DNA of 64,000 nt from Myxococcota bacterium (GTDB taxonomy: Bacteria > Myxococcota_A > SURF-8): positions 2,016,001-2,080,000 of the forward strand of contig OZ223209.1 of assembly GCA_965140415.1 (NCBI GenBank), written 5' to 3'. Shown piece by piece: positions 50,745 to 61,064 of this stretch (its first letter is position 1; the number at the start of each line of letters is the position of its first letter). Made by a program: the position numbers and the translations under genes. The notes below the pieces were generated by a model. That model worked only from the letters and a program-made list of their open reading frames with translations. It searched no databases and was not told where the DNA came from.

Positions 50745-51682
50745 GGGGAGACCCTCGTTTTCTCGGCGAAGCCGGGGTTAAGTTCCACCGGAAAACGTCG
50801 CCGTAACGTTTTCATCAGCGTTTCTTCCGCTTCGGTCTTCTTTTCTTCGAATAACTCTTTTTCAAGGTCCATGCGTACCTGTTCGAAAGTCAGTTGACGA
50901 GCAGGCAAATGGTCCGTGATCATGAAGATATGATAACCGAAATCGCTTTTAATGGGTTTATTCGGCGTTCGCCTAGGCAGATCGAAAACCAAATGGAATG
51001 GATCGGGTAGTTTTCCACGATGGACCCAGCCCAGATCGCCACCTAATTCCTTTTCCGGTGTGATGGACAATTCCTGTGCGAGATCCTCGAAGGCTTCTCC
51101 CCTGAACAGGCGGCGACGTACTTGTGTGGCTTCTTCTTCTGTTGCTACCACAATTTGTTTTACGCGCACCATTTCCGGTTGAGCATAACGCTCCGGTTGC
51201 TTGTCGAAAGCGGCCTTTGCTTCCTGTTCCTTGACCAGGATTCGCGAATAGATCTCCTCGCGAAACAGTCGTTGAATGGTGGCCTGTTCGGCGGTCCGTT
51301 TGATCAGGTCGTTGACGCTCATCTGAACCTTGTCCGCAGCGGTTTGCAGATCCGCTTCCAAAGCGGAGCCAAACAGGTCTCGAAGGCGCTCATCCAAGGC
51401 ATCTTGTGGAAGCACGACCTGACGACGTTTGGCTTCTTGAAGCAGCAATTTACGGGAGATCAAATCTTCAAGCGCCGACTGTTGCATAGCCAAAAAGGCT
51501 TCGCTTCCGATATCCGGAATGAATTCATCTCCTGCCAGTAGCCGGACTTCATCGAAAACTTCGCCTTCCGTAATCGTTTCGTCTCCCACGCGAGCAAGCC
51601 AAGGAACCTCGTTGCTGGCTTCCTGGTTGGTGCAACCGAGCAGAATCCCCGCGAGTAGCATTGTCAGTATTAATGCGCGCAC
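50741..51682 (-). CDS. Parvulin-type PPIase lipoprotein
   Basis: Lipobox LLGC; GGDLGW and FGYHIF motifs. Confidence 0.85.
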   Translation of the reverse strand: MRALILTMLLAGILLGCTNQEASNEVPWLARVGDETITEGEVFDEVRLLAGDEFIPDIGSEAFLAMQQSALEDLISRKLLLQEAKRRQVVLPQDALDERLRDLFGSALEADLQTAADKVQMSVNDLIKRTAEQATIQRLFREEIYSRILVKEQEAKAAFDKQPERYAQPEMVRVKQIVVATEEEATQVRRRLFRGEAFEDLAQELSITPEKELGGDLGWVHRGKLPDPFHLVFDLPRRTPNKPIKSDFGYHIFMITDHLPARQLTFEQVRMDLEKELFEEKKTEAEETLMKTLRRRFPVELNPGFAEKTRVSP

Positions 51683-51766
51683 GCCTCGTCCGCTCCTGTG
51701 GTTGGCCCGCTTACTAAGACAGGCGCTTGTGTTCTGGGTCGCAACGCGTGTTGCGGTGCATCTGAT

Positions 51767-52843
51767 TTACTTCGGTTCCGTCGGCTTCGAGTCGTTCTTT
51801 TCATCTTTGCTGCGGGGACGAGTGTTTTCTTTGCTGATACCGTTTTTAGGAACATCGTCAGGACCGGCACCCGGCACCGAGTATTGATTGAGCAGTTGCT
51901 CGTTGATGTTGATTGCGGCGCCTTTTTGCAGCTTCGCCACGAAATTGTCCATCATATCGGTGCGGCGCTGCTTGTACAGGCGATGCTGAATCTGACCTTT
52001 GACCTGTTCGAAATCGCGCTGAATGGCATCGCGTTTGCCGGTCAGGCGCAAGACGTGATAACCCAATTTCGTTTTCACCGGACCTGCGATGTCGTTGATC
52101 TGCTTCATCTTGAAAACCGCATCGGAAAGCGCTTTCTCCAGCGGTCCGCCATCGGTTGTAGAAGCGAAATATCCCAGATCTCCACCACGGTTTTTGTTGG
52201 CGTCGTCGTCACTGTTCTTTTTGGCCAGTTTACGGAAGGCGTTGGGGTCTTTCTTGGCAGCCTTGGCTTCTTTTACCAGTTTCTTCGCTTTTTTCAGAGC
52301 TGCTTTCCGCTCTTTGTCCGTGGCATCTTCCCCAACTTTGATAAGAATGTGGCTGGCGCGCCGCATAGCCGGTTTGTTGTACTGGTCCTGGTGTTCCTGG
52401 TAATATTTCTTAAGTTCTTCGTCGGTGATATCCTCGCGCTTGACCTTGTTTTCCAGTTCATCGCGCATCAGTTTCTGTGTCATGACTTGCTTCGCCGAAC
52501 GTAACACTTCGGGATCTTTGTCGTATCCCTGTTTTTGTGCTTGCTGCACGATCAACTCGAAGCGGATCATGTTATCCAGGAATTCCTTCTTTTTTTCCAG
52601 CGTGTTGTAGCGTGCGCGGATATACGGCGATTGCTTTTCCATGCGCTCGGTGAATTCGTCCATGTAGATCTTGTAGCCGTTGATTTCGGCCAGAACGTCG
52701 CCTTTGCCCTCGGCTTGCAGCCAATCGGAGGAGGGGGTGGAAGATGTTGCGGTTGAGGAACCGGAATTCTTGTCGCAGCAGCCGAAAACGAGCAAGCCCA
52801 GCCCAAGCACGATCATATTCAAGAATAGGATTGTCCTTGTCAT
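51767..52843 (-). CDS. Parvulin-type PPIase lipoprotein
   Basis: GGAGG RBS; lipobox VFGC; ASHILI, GGDLGYF, GYHVL. Confidence 0.88.
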   Translation of the reverse strand: MTRTILFLNMIVLGLGLLVFGCCDKNSGSSTATSSTPSSDWLQAEGKGDVLAEINGYKIYMDEFTERMEKQSPYIRARYNTLEKKKEFLDNMIRFELIVQQAQKQGYDKDPEVLRSAKQVMTQKLMRDELENKVKREDITDEELKKYYQEHQDQYNKPAMRRASHILIKVGEDATDKERKAALKKAKKLVKEAKAAKKDPNAFRKLAKKNSDDDANKNRGGDLGYFASTTDGGPLEKALSDAVFKMKQINDIAGPVKTKLGYHVLRLTGKRDAIQRDFEQVKGQIQHRLYKQRRTDMMDNFVAKLQKGAAININEQLLNQYSVPGAGPDDVPKNGISKENTRPRSKDEKNDSKPTEPK

Positions 52844-52883
52844 TTTACTAACCTCCAAGATAAAAAATCTTTAACAGTTCCGA

Positions 52884-55800
52884 TTAGTTGAGTCTCGAAC
52901 CGGTGCTTGTACCATAATCCAGTAGCTTGTGCAAGAGGTTTTTGGCGGTCTGGATGGGGTCTTCCATTTCGTGTGTCAAGAAGGTGTACACCAGGCGATT
53001 GTCTGGTGTGAATTGATAGGGACTTTTCGTTTTCATGACCAGTTCCACCACGGCGTCGGGGGAAACGCGTCCGTGCTGACCCAGTTGGATGGAGACGCGA
53101 TCGTTTGCCAGGTCCAAACCGGCGGCATTGAGTTTGCGCAGCAATACCTTCAATTCGATCAGACGAATCAACGTGCGGGCGGGTTTGGGTGCATGACCGA
53201 AACGATCGACCATTTCTTCTTCGAGCGTTTCCACGGTTTCCTGTTCCCGGCAGCCGGAAAGGCGCTTATATAATTGTAGGCGCTGCGTGGCGTCGGGCAC
53301 ATAGGAATCGGGCAGATAGGCGGGTTGGGCGCAGTTGATCTGCGGCTCGATTTCCGGGTGAACCTCCTTGCCGCGTAATTCCATAACGGCTTCTTCTATT
53401 AACTGCATATATAAGTCGATGCCGACCGTGGCGATGTGACCGGATTGCTGCTTGCCCAGAATATTTCCCGCACCGCGAATTTCCAAATCGTGCGAGGCGA
53501 TGCGGAAACCGCTACCCAGTTCGGTGAATCGAATCAGCGCGGCCAGCCGTTTCTGGGCGTCGCGTGTCAGATTGGAAGGGGAGGGGACCAGCAAATAGGC
53601 ATAGGCGCGTTCGCGTCCACGTCCCACCCGTCCGCGAAGCTGGTAGAGTTGGGCCAAACCGAATGTGTCGGCGCGGTTGACAATCATGGTGTTGACGGAG
53701 GGAATGTCGATGCCGGATTCGATGATGGTGGTTGTGACCAGCACGTTGCATTTGCGCTGCACGAATTCGAGCATGACCTTTTCCAACTGGCCTTCGCTCA
53801 TCTGCCCGTGTGCGATGCGGACCGTGGCGGTCGGCACCAGACGTTTGACCATCAAAGCCACGCTTTCAATCGATTGCACCCGGTTATGCACCAGATAAAC
53901 CTGGCCGCCGCGGGATAACTCGGTATTAATGGCGTCACGGATGACTTCCTCATCGAACTTGGAAACGAAGGTGCGTATCGAGAGCCGGTCCGCAGGCGGT
54001 GTTTGGATGACGGAGACATCGCGCACACCGGAAAACACCATGTTCAGCGTTCGGGGAATGGGAGTGGCGGTGAGCGTGAGAACGTCTACTTCCGTGCGGA
54101 ATTTCTTTAGTCGCTCCTTGTGAGCTACTCCGAAGCGTTGTTCTTCATCGATGATCAATAATCCAAGGTTCGGGAATTCGACATCTTTGCTCAATAGGCG
54201 ATGGGTACCCACGACGATATCCACTTTGCCTTGCTTGACACGCTTGATGATCTCGTTCTGCTCTTTCGTTGTACGAAAACGCGAAATGGTCTCGATTGTG
54301 ACCGGGTAGTTCTTGAAGCGCTCGATCATCGTTTCGCCGTGCTGCAAAGCCAGAACGGTCGTTGGAACCAGAATCGCAACCTGTTTGCGGTCCAGTACGG
54401 CTTTGAAGGCCGCCCGGATGGCCACTTCCGTTTTGCCGAAACCGACGTCGCCGCAAACCAGCCTGTCCATCGGTTTGGGTTTGGTCATGTCGCGCAGCAC
54501 ATCCTTGATGGCGCGCTCTTGGTCGGGTGTTTCTTCGAAAGGAAAGGTCGCTTCGAACTCGCGAAAGTAGTTGTCCGGAGCACTGAAGCTGAATCCGACG
54601 GCAACCTCGCGCTTGGCGTAGAGCTTAAGCAGTTCTTCCGCCATTTCCCGGATCGAGGCTTTCACCTTCGTCTTCATGCGCTCCCAGCGCGTGCCGCCCA
54701 TGCGATCCAGTTGCGGTACTTTGCCATCGGCTCCGGAGAATTTCTGGATTTTGTCTAGTTTCGTGACCGGCAAGTACAGTTTGTCGCCGCCCAGGTATTC
54801 GATGAACAGGTAATCGTTACCGATGCCGCCCGCAGTCAGGTGCTCCAGCCCGCGATAGACGCCGATGCCGTACTCGATGTGAACGATGAAGTCGCCTTCC
54901 GAGATTTCATCCAGAGAGGTCAGGAATGCGTCTTTATCGAAGTCCAGCGTTTTAACACGCTTTCTTCGTTTGCGTTCCCCAAAGATTTCCTCTTCCGAAA
55001 TAAGAACCAGTTTCGATCCAGGCCAGACCTGCCCGGTTTTCAGCGTTCCGACCACGATGTGAAACTGATCGGGGCGATAATCTCCCGTTTTCGCCCACAA
55101 TGCCGGGAAACTGCCCGGCCAGAAAGCTGCTTTTAGACCGTACGGTTCGAACATTTCCGTAAGTCGCTCCGCTCGTGTGGAGGAGCCTGCGACCAGGGTG
55201 ACGAAATAGCCGGTTGCGATCCAGTCGCGCATCTGCTTGATCAGCGGTTCCAGAATCTCCACCCGTCCGCGTCGCTGCAACAACTCCTGCTTAAGGGGCT
55301 CGTGGTCGTCCCAGCGAAACTTGAAAGCGGTATCGGGTTGACTGTCTCCGACGCGCAGATGGTGAGAGCGAATTTGATGGCTGTGCTGGAAGCGCTGTTC
55401 GATTTCATGCCCGGTCTGGATGTAGTTCTCGACCGGCAGTGTCAGATCTTCATCGTGCTTACGTTCTTCCTGCTGAACCAGCAGGCGTTCCAGGCGATTG
55501 TCGAACAGTCGTTGCAGACCGCCAGGATTGTCCAGCAGAATACGGGTGTTGGACGACAGATAAGCGAACAGCGGTGCCAGTTCTTCGTAGAATAGCGGGA
55601 GAAACGGGTCCAATTCCGAATCGTACAGCCCTTCATCGAGATTTTGCAGCATCGTCTGCATGTGACGGTCGAACAGGCCGTGCTCGCGAGCCAGTGACGT
55701 CAACTGATTCCGGCCACGTTCGCAGATTTCCGGGGTCAGCACCAGTTCGCGTACCGGGATCAGGTAGGCTTCTTCCAGTTCCGCGACGGATTTCTGGTTG

Positions 55801-56462
55801 CCGGGATTGAACAGCCGGATCGATTCCAGCGTGTCGCCGAAAAATTCCATGCGCAGCGGCCAGCGGTACAGCGGGGAAAAGGCGTCGATAATTCCCCCGC
55901 GCTTGGAGAAGCCACCAGCATCTTCCACGATAGGCGTGGAGATGTACCCACCCTGAACCAGCCTTCTCAGCACTTCGTCGCGATCGATATCCGCCCCGGC
56001 AAGCAGGTATTCGGTTTGGTTCAACAAGGTGCGTTTGGGGATATAGCGCCTCATCAAACCCCATGCGGTAGTGATGGTGATTGCGGGTCGAAACGGCTGC
56101 GACAAGCTGTAAAGCGTTGCCAGGGTGTCCATTTCACGCTGGCGTGAGGGAAGCAGCCTGCGGGTTTGATAAGGAGAAAGTTCTTCCGGTAGCAATGGAG
56201 CTACACGACGTTCACCCAGAAAATGGACATCTTCTTCATCTTTGCCAAGGAAAAACTGTAGATCCCGGACCAGTTCGTGGGCATCGTCTTCTTCAAGCAT
56301 CACGACAAGCAGTGGTTGTCTGCTCTGCTTGATCAAATCCGCCACGAACGCCGCGCGCGCCGGTCCGCTGACGCCCTCCAGATCGACGCTTTCCTTCTGT
56401 ACTCGCTTCAATACATCATCGGCGAGCGTAGAGAGCAGGGGATGGAATTTTTCGGTACTCAT
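52884..56462 (-). CDS. mfd: Transcription-repair coupling factor
   Basis: GDVGFGKTEVA, DEEQRFGV, QLRGRVGR, DLEIRGAG; CarD-like RID domain. Confidence 0.97.
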   Translation of the reverse strand: MSTEKFHPLLSTLADDVLKRVQKESVDLEGVSGPARAAFVADLIKQSRQPLLVVMLEEDDAHELVRDLQFFLGKDEEDVHFLGERRVAPLLPEELSPYQTRRLLPSRQREMDTLATLYSLSQPFRPAITITTAWGLMRRYIPKRTLLNQTEYLLAGADIDRDEVLRRLVQGGYISTPIVEDAGGFSKRGGIIDAFSPLYRWPLRMEFFGDTLESIRLFNPGNQKSVAELEEAYLIPVRELVLTPEICERGRNQLTSLAREHGLFDRHMQTMLQNLDEGLYDSELDPFLPLFYEELAPLFAYLSSNTRILLDNPGGLQRLFDNRLERLLVQQEERKHDEDLTLPVENYIQTGHEIEQRFQHSHQIRSHHLRVGDSQPDTAFKFRWDDHEPLKQELLQRRGRVEILEPLIKQMRDWIATGYFVTLVAGSSTRAERLTEMFEPYGLKAAFWPGSFPALWAKTGDYRPDQFHIVVGTLKTGQVWPGSKLVLISEEEIFGERKRRKRVKTLDFDKDAFLTSLDEISEGDFIVHIEYGIGVYRGLEHLTAGGIGNDYLFIEYLGGDKLYLPVTKLDKIQKFSGADGKVPQLDRMGGTRWERMKTKVKASIREMAEELLKLYAKREVAVGFSFSAPDNYFREFEATFPFEETPDQERAIKDVLRDMTKPKPMDRLVCGDVGFGKTEVAIRAAFKAVLDRKQVAILVPTTVLALQHGETMIERFKNYPVTIETISRFRTTKEQNEIIKRVKQGKVDIVVGTHRLLSKDVEFPNLGLLIIDEEQRFGVAHKERLKKFRTEVDVLTLTATPIPRTLNMVFSGVRDVSVIQTPPADRLSIRTFVSKFDEEVIRDAINTELSRGGQVYLVHNRVQSIESVALMVKRLVPTATVRIAHGQMSEGQLEKVMLEFVQRKCNVLVTTTIIESGIDIPSVNTMIVNRADTFGLAQLYQLRGRVGRGRERAYAYLLVPSPSNLTRDAQKRLAALIRFTELGSGFRIASHDLEIRGAGNILGKQQSGHIATVGIDLYMQLIEEAVMELRGKEVHPEIEPQINCAQPAYLPDSYVPDATQRLQLYKRLSGCREQETVETLEEEMVDRFGHAPKPARTLIRLIELKVLLRKLNAAGLDLANDRVSIQLGQHGRVSPDAVVELVMKTKSPYQFTPDNRLVYTFLTHEMEDPIQTAKNLLHKLLDYGTSTGSRLN

Positions 56463-56523
56463 GGCAACTTCAGAAACCAACCGGGTTACGTGTACCTGCC
56501 GTAGGTTGGCGGGGCAGGTTACA

Positions 56524-57579
56524 TCAGGATCTGGGCATCACTCCCAAAGCCAGCCGCACTTTCTCCATTGTTTGCTGTGCGATCTCGGAAGCTTTTTGCG
56601 CTCCGGCGTTCAGGATGTCGCGTATGTCATCTGGATGCTTGGCCAACTCGGCGCGTTTTTCACGAATCGGCATGATGACGGCATTGATGTGATCCGCCAC
56701 TTTGCGTTTGCATTCGAAGCAGCCGATTCCTGCTGTGCGGCAACCTTCCGCCGCCCACTGCTGTTCTTCTTCGCTGGAAAAGATTTTATGCCATGCATAG
56801 AGGTTACATTCTTCGGGAACGCCCGGGTCTTTGCGACGTTGCCGGCGCTGGTCGCTAACGGACTGGCGTGTGACCAGTTCGATGACCTGTTCTTCTGTCG
56901 CGGTCAATGGGATGTGATTTCCCAGGCTTTTGGACATTTTGTTTTCGGCGTCCAGGCCCATCAGACGGGAGGCGTTGGAGAGCAGCGGGGCGCACTCGGG
57001 GAAGACCTGCCCATAGCGATTATTGAAGCGCCGGGCGATATCGCGCGTCAGTTCGACGTGCTGGATCTGGTCCTCTCCCACCGGTACGACTTCTCCCAGG
57101 TAGAGCATGATATCCGCCGCCTGCAAGACCGGATAGGTAAACAATCCGGCATTGACGCGCCCTGCCTTGGCCAGGAAGCTGCCCCGGTCTTCTTCGTCCA
57201 GGTAGTCTTCATTATCTTCGGCTTCATCGGCGAATTGTGCGGTTTTCGCCTTGAACTGCGTCATGCGCATCAACTGACCCAGCGGCGTGACCGAGTTCAG
57301 GATCCAGGCCAGTTCGGTATGTTCGCGCACGTGCGATTGCACGAAGATCGTACATCGTTCCGGGTCCAATCCACCGGCGATATAGTCCATGGCCGCATTG
57401 ACGGTGCGGTCGGACATGACGGCGATATCGTAAGGAATGGTGATGGCGTGATAATCCACGATGCAGAAGATGCAATCGTAATCGTTGATCAGATTGACCC
57501 AGTTTCTGAGGGCACCCATATAATTACCAAGGTGAAGTTCGCCGGTTGGCTGCATGCCCGAAAATAAACGCTTTTTCAT
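56524..57579 (-). CDS. trpS: Tryptophan--tRNA ligase
   Basis: SGMQPTGELHLGNY, YPVLQAADI, VPVGEDQ, KMSKS. Confidence 0.97.
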   Translation of the reverse strand: MKKRLFSGMQPTGELHLGNYMGALRNWVNLINDYDCIFCIVDYHAITIPYDIAVMSDRTVNAAMDYIAGGLDPERCTIFVQSHVREHTELAWILNSVTPLGQLMRMTQFKAKTAQFADEAEDNEDYLDEEDRGSFLAKAGRVNAGLFTYPVLQAADIMLYLGEVVPVGEDQIQHVELTRDIARRFNNRYGQVFPECAPLLSNASRLMGLDAENKMSKSLGNHIPLTATEEQVIELVTRQSVSDQRRQRRKDPGVPEECNLYAWHKIFSSEEEQQWAAEGCRTAGIGCFECKRKVADHINAVIMPIREKRAELAKHPDDIRDILNAGAQKASEIAQQTMEKVRLALGVMPRS

Positions 57580-57588
57580 GTGCGCCTC

Positions 57589-58056
57589 TTACTTGATCGA
57601 ATTAAAAAGTTCCGGCTGCGTCTGGCGCAGCGCCTCAAACAATACAATGGAGACGGCATTTGACAGGTTGTAACTCCTGATCTGGCCGACAATGGGTATC
57701 CCTATCACCTGCTCACCCGCTTTGGCAAGAAGTTCTTTATCCAGCCCGCGAGTTTCGCGCCCGAACACAAGGACATCGTCCGGGTGGTATTTGACGGACG
57801 AGTAGTAGCGGTCTGAGGTTTTGGTTGCATACCACATGCGGGAGCTTCCATTGGTTTCCAGAAAAGCCTGCCAAGAAGGATGTACCGTCAGGTCCACATG
57901 AGGCCAGTAGTCCAGTCCTGCGCGCTTCAAATAACGGTCTTCCAGCGAGAAACCAAGCGGTTCGACAAGGTGAAGAGGAATCTTCATGCCCGCGCACAGT
58001 CGCGCGATAGACCCTGTATTCGGAGGAATTTCCGGTTCTACAAGTACAACTTTCAC
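57589..58056 (-). CDS. trmL: tRNA (cytidine34-2'-O)-methyltransferase
   Basis: PEIPPNTG, RAGLDYW, FGRETRGL, RSYNLSN. Confidence 0.93.
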   Translation of the reverse strand: MKVVLVEPEIPPNTGSIARLCAGMKIPLHLVEPLGFSLEDRYLKRAGLDYWPHVDLTVHPSWQAFLETNGSSRMWYATKTSDRYYSSVKYHPDDVLVFGRETRGLDKELLAKAGEQVIGIPIVGQIRSYNLSNAVSIVLFEALRQTQPELFNSIK

Positions 58057-58067
58057 GTGATGTCTCC

Positions 58068-59063
58068 TTATTTCAAGCCGGGTTGCCAGAGATAATAAAA
58101 GCCGGTGCGTGGGGAAAGTACGGACATATCCGCTCCTACACCCAGTTCCATCAGGGAGCGTGGGGCAGGTGACTGTGTGGTGGAGCGGTAGAAATTGTCG
58201 TTGCTTACATAATTGTGACGGTAAACCACCACGCGGGCATTGTCGGGTAAATTTGCCAGTTCCTTCGCCTTGGCAATGGCGTCGTTGGCATAGCCGATCG
58301 AATCGATCAGTTTGAGTTGCAATGCCTGCCCGGCAGTATAGATTCGGCCATCGGCAAGTTCGCGCACCTGCTCTTTCGTCAGTTCTTCGCGTTCATCGGC
58401 AACGACAGAAATGAAGCGGTCGTAGAGTTCATCGATCATGCTTTGGAAAATGGCCCGCTCCTGCTCGCTCATGTTTCGGAAATAGGAACCCATGTCCTTG
58501 AACGATCCTGATTTGATTGTATGTGCCCGAACGCCGATTTTCTGCGACAGTCCCTCAAACTCGATGGTTTGAAAAACCACTCCGATGGAACCCGTAATGC
58601 TCGTCGGATGCGCCATGATGTGATCGGCGGCAACGGCAATGTAATATCCGCCACTGGCAGCGACGTCCATGATCAGGGCGACAACCGGAACACCGGTATC
58701 TTGTTTGTAGCGTTGAATTTCCCGGTAGAGGATATCGCTGGCTGTGGCAGTGCCTCCTCCGCTGTCGATACTGAGTAACAATGCTTTGATGTCGGGATCG
58801 CGGCGTGCTTTTTGCAAAACTGCGGTCAGTTCTTCCAGCATGGAAGGTGTACTTGAAAGCAAGCCTCGTTTAGGGCGCGTGTCGATCGTCCCATTGACGG
58901 TAGCCAGTAATATTTTTTGATCTGTCGTACCCTGTAGCGTCGTTTCTCCAAACTCGCTGTAGTGGTCCGGAAAGAGGCTGATTCGTGGCGAACATCCGGG
59001 TAGAGAGGCCAATAGCAACAGTAGCAGAGCGGTTGCAAATGGAATTGAAAGACTGGTTTTCAT
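58068..59063 (-). CDS. sppA: Signal peptide peptidase SppA (short form, lipoprotein)
   Basis: AASGGYY, TGSIGV, KSGSFKD, DGRIYT; lipobox LPGC. Confidence 0.92.
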   Translation of the reverse strand: MKTSLSIPFATALLLLLLASLPGCSPRISLFPDHYSEFGETTLQGTTDQKILLATVNGTIDTRPKRGLLSSTPSMLEELTAVLQKARRDPDIKALLLSIDSGGGTATASDILYREIQRYKQDTGVPVVALIMDVAASGGYYIAVAADHIMAHPTSITGSIGVVFQTIEFEGLSQKIGVRAHTIKSGSFKDMGSYFRNMSEQERAIFQSMIDELYDRFISVVADEREELTKEQVRELADGRIYTAGQALQLKLIDSIGYANDAIAKAKELANLPDNARVVVYRHNYVSNDNFYRSTTQSPAPRSLMELGVGADMSVLSPRTGFYYLWQPGLK

Positions 59064-59294
59064 GTTCTGCTCTCCTTGTTTAGACCTATGAAAACATCAA
59101 AAAGGGCTGCATTCTACGGCGGTGCTCGGTACATGTCAATTGAAAGCAACAGTGGAGGAAATTCTTTTGAATATACTCTAAGTTTTGGAAAAAACTTGGG
59201 AATTAGGTTCGTTTTGGGCCTGTATTCATGGGGGGGATCTGGAGCCTGTTCCCGCAGAGCCGCATATTTTCAAGCAGAGATCGTTTTTTTTTGC

Positions 59295-59323
59295 TTGACT
59301 CTTCCTTATAAGGTGACTATAAA
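59295..59323 (+). promoter_or_regulatory. Sigma70 promoter of the HU gene
   Basis: TTGACT-17 nt-TATAAA. Confidence 0.7.
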
Positions 59324-59378
59324 TATAGTGAAATTATTCCGGCAAGTGTTTTATCAACGTCCCAGAGGGAGAGGAAAA

Positions 59379-59858
59379 ATGGCAGAGAAAAAAGCCAAGA
59401 AGGCACCGGCGAAAAAAGCTCCGGCCAAGAAAGCAGCTGCGAAGAAAGCCCCGGCCAAGAAAGCTCCGGCCAAGAAAGCTGTAGCGAAGAAAGCCCCGGC
59501 GAAGAAAGCTCCGGCCAAGAAGGCTCCGGCCAAGAAAGCCCCGGTCAAGAAGGCCCCCAAGGCGTTCAAAGCTAAGGCCGTCTCCACAAAGGCTGCTTTG
59601 CTTGAACAGCTCAAAGACAGTGTCGGTGCTGAACTGTCTGCAAAGGCGACTGCGGAAATCGTTGAGAACCTGTTCTCGATCATCTCGCTTTCCATCAAGA
59701 AGAATGCTCGTTTCACGATTCCGGGTTTCGGAACGTTCAACGTCAAAAAACGGAAAGCTCGCACGGGCCGCAATCCTCGCACTGGCGACAAGATCAAGAT
59801 CAAAGCCAGCAAGACCGTCGGCTTCAAGCCCACCCCGAAATTCAAGGACATGCTGTAA
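59379..59858 (+). CDS. HU-family DNA-binding protein with N-terminal PAKKA repeats
   Basis: [19 protein letters not shown] core; GAGG RBS; 11 AKKAP-type units. Confidence 0.92.
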   Translation: MAEKKAKKAPAKKAPAKKAAAKKAPAKKAPAKKAVAKKAPAKKAPAKKAPAKKAPVKKAPKAFKAKAVSTKAALLEQLKDSVGAELSAKATAEIVENLFSIISLSIKKNARFTIPGFGTFNVKKRKARTGRNPRTGDKIKIKASKTVGFKPTPKFKDML

Positions 59859-59889
59859 GCATCAGGGCTTAGCGATCGTATGTGTAAAG

Positions 59890-59914
59890 AGGCTCCGGGT
59901 TCCGGAGCCTTTTT
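59890..59914 (+). terminator. Intrinsic terminator, probably bidirectional
   Basis: AGGCTCCGG-gtt-CCGGAGCCT-TTTT. Confidence 0.8.
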
Positions 59915-59983
59915 ATATTAATGACGTTTCATAATATCCTGTTGCTATGGAACAGGAACTCTTGCTTTGACGAAATCTGCCGA

Positions 59984-61027
59984 TCAGGCCAGTTGAATCG
60001 CCTGATTTCCCGGTGGGTGAACTTCTCCGATAATACGAGCGTTCGTGAGCCCATTGTTTTGTAAAGCTGTAAGAAGATCGCTGGCGATTCCTGAAGGCGC
60101 AGACATCAGCAACCCCCCGGAGGTTTGCGGGTCCAGCGCCAGCCACTTGCGGTTGGCGGTGAGAGAGGGCAGGAAGGCGACCCTCTCGCGGACGAAATCG
60201 AGGTTTCGCATGCAGCCGCCGGGGATTACTCCCTGATCGATCAGATCCAGCGCGCCAGGTAAAACAGGGAGATCGCGGGATTCAATTCGGAAACTGACCC
60301 CGCTGGCATTGGCGAAGCGATAAGCATGACCCAATAATCCGAAGCCGGTAACGTCGGTAGCTCCTTTGATGTCGAATTCGTTCATCCGTTCCGCTCCCGA
60401 GCGATTGAGCAGGCACATGGATTCCACTGCCGGACGGACTTCCTCTTCCGTAATCAGATCGACTTTCCTCGCTCCGGTTAAAATAGAGGTGCCTAGCGGT
60501 TTCGTCAGAATGAGTTTGTCACCGGGGTTTGCGCCACTATTGGTAACAAGCCTGTCAGGGTCGACAAGGCCGCTTACCGCCAATCCGAATTTGATCGGGT
60601 GATCGTCGATGGTGTGTCCGCCTAAGATATAAGCATCCGATTCCGCAACCTTGTCTGCCGCTCCTTTGAGCATGGAAACCAGTACATCCGACGGGAAATG
60701 CTGCGACGGAAACATGACCAGCGACAGGGCGCAGATGGGACGGCCTCCCATCGCATAGACATCCGAAAGGGCATTGGCTGCCGCAACCTGTCCGAAGTCA
60801 TAGGGATAATCCACCATCGGCGGAAAGAAGTCGGTTGTTTGCACGAGATATTCACCGCTGGGAAGTCGCAGGATGCCGGCGTCGTCGTGCGTACTTGCTC
60901 CCACAATGATATTCGGATGGCTGGGCAGGGGTACTTCGCGCAGGATCTCTTCCAACGCTTTAGGACTCAACTTGGCGGAGCAGCCACCGGCTTCCACGGT
61001 TTGAGCAAGTCGAATTACATCGTTCAT
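59984..61027 (-). CDS. selD: Selenophosphate synthetase, Cys-containing form
   Basis: GGCSAK, DDAG, TTDFF, NALSDVYAMGG, TDVTGFGLLGH, DPQTSGGLL. Confidence 0.95.
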   Translation of the reverse strand: MNDVIRLAQTVEAGGCSAKLSPKALEEILREVPLPSHPNIIVGASTHDDAGILRLPSGEYLVQTTDFFPPMVDYPYDFGQVAAANALSDVYAMGGRPICALSLVMFPSQHFPSDVLVSMLKGAADKVAESDAYILGGHTIDDHPIKFGLAVSGLVDPDRLVTNSGANPGDKLILTKPLGTSILTGARKVDLITEEEVRPAVESMCLLNRSGAERMNEFDIKGATDVTGFGLLGHAYRFANASGVSFRIESRDLPVLPGALDLIDQGVIPGGCMRNLDFVRERVAFLPSLTANRKWLALDPQTSGGLLMSAPSGIASDLLTALQNNGLTNARIIGEVHPPGNQAIQLA

Positions 61028-61064
61028 CGTTTCTGCCTCGATAAAAGCTACGATTTGAAAACAG

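Noticed and set aside
56242-57567. 441-aa plus-strand ORF
   Set aside because: Antisense shadow of trpS/mfd with no recognisable motifs.
59076-59378. Long N-terminal extension of HU
   Set aside because: Spans the promoter; RBS supports ATG 59379.
60975-60990. Selenocysteine in SelD
   Set aside because: The catalytic codon is TGC and the ORF is uninterrupted.
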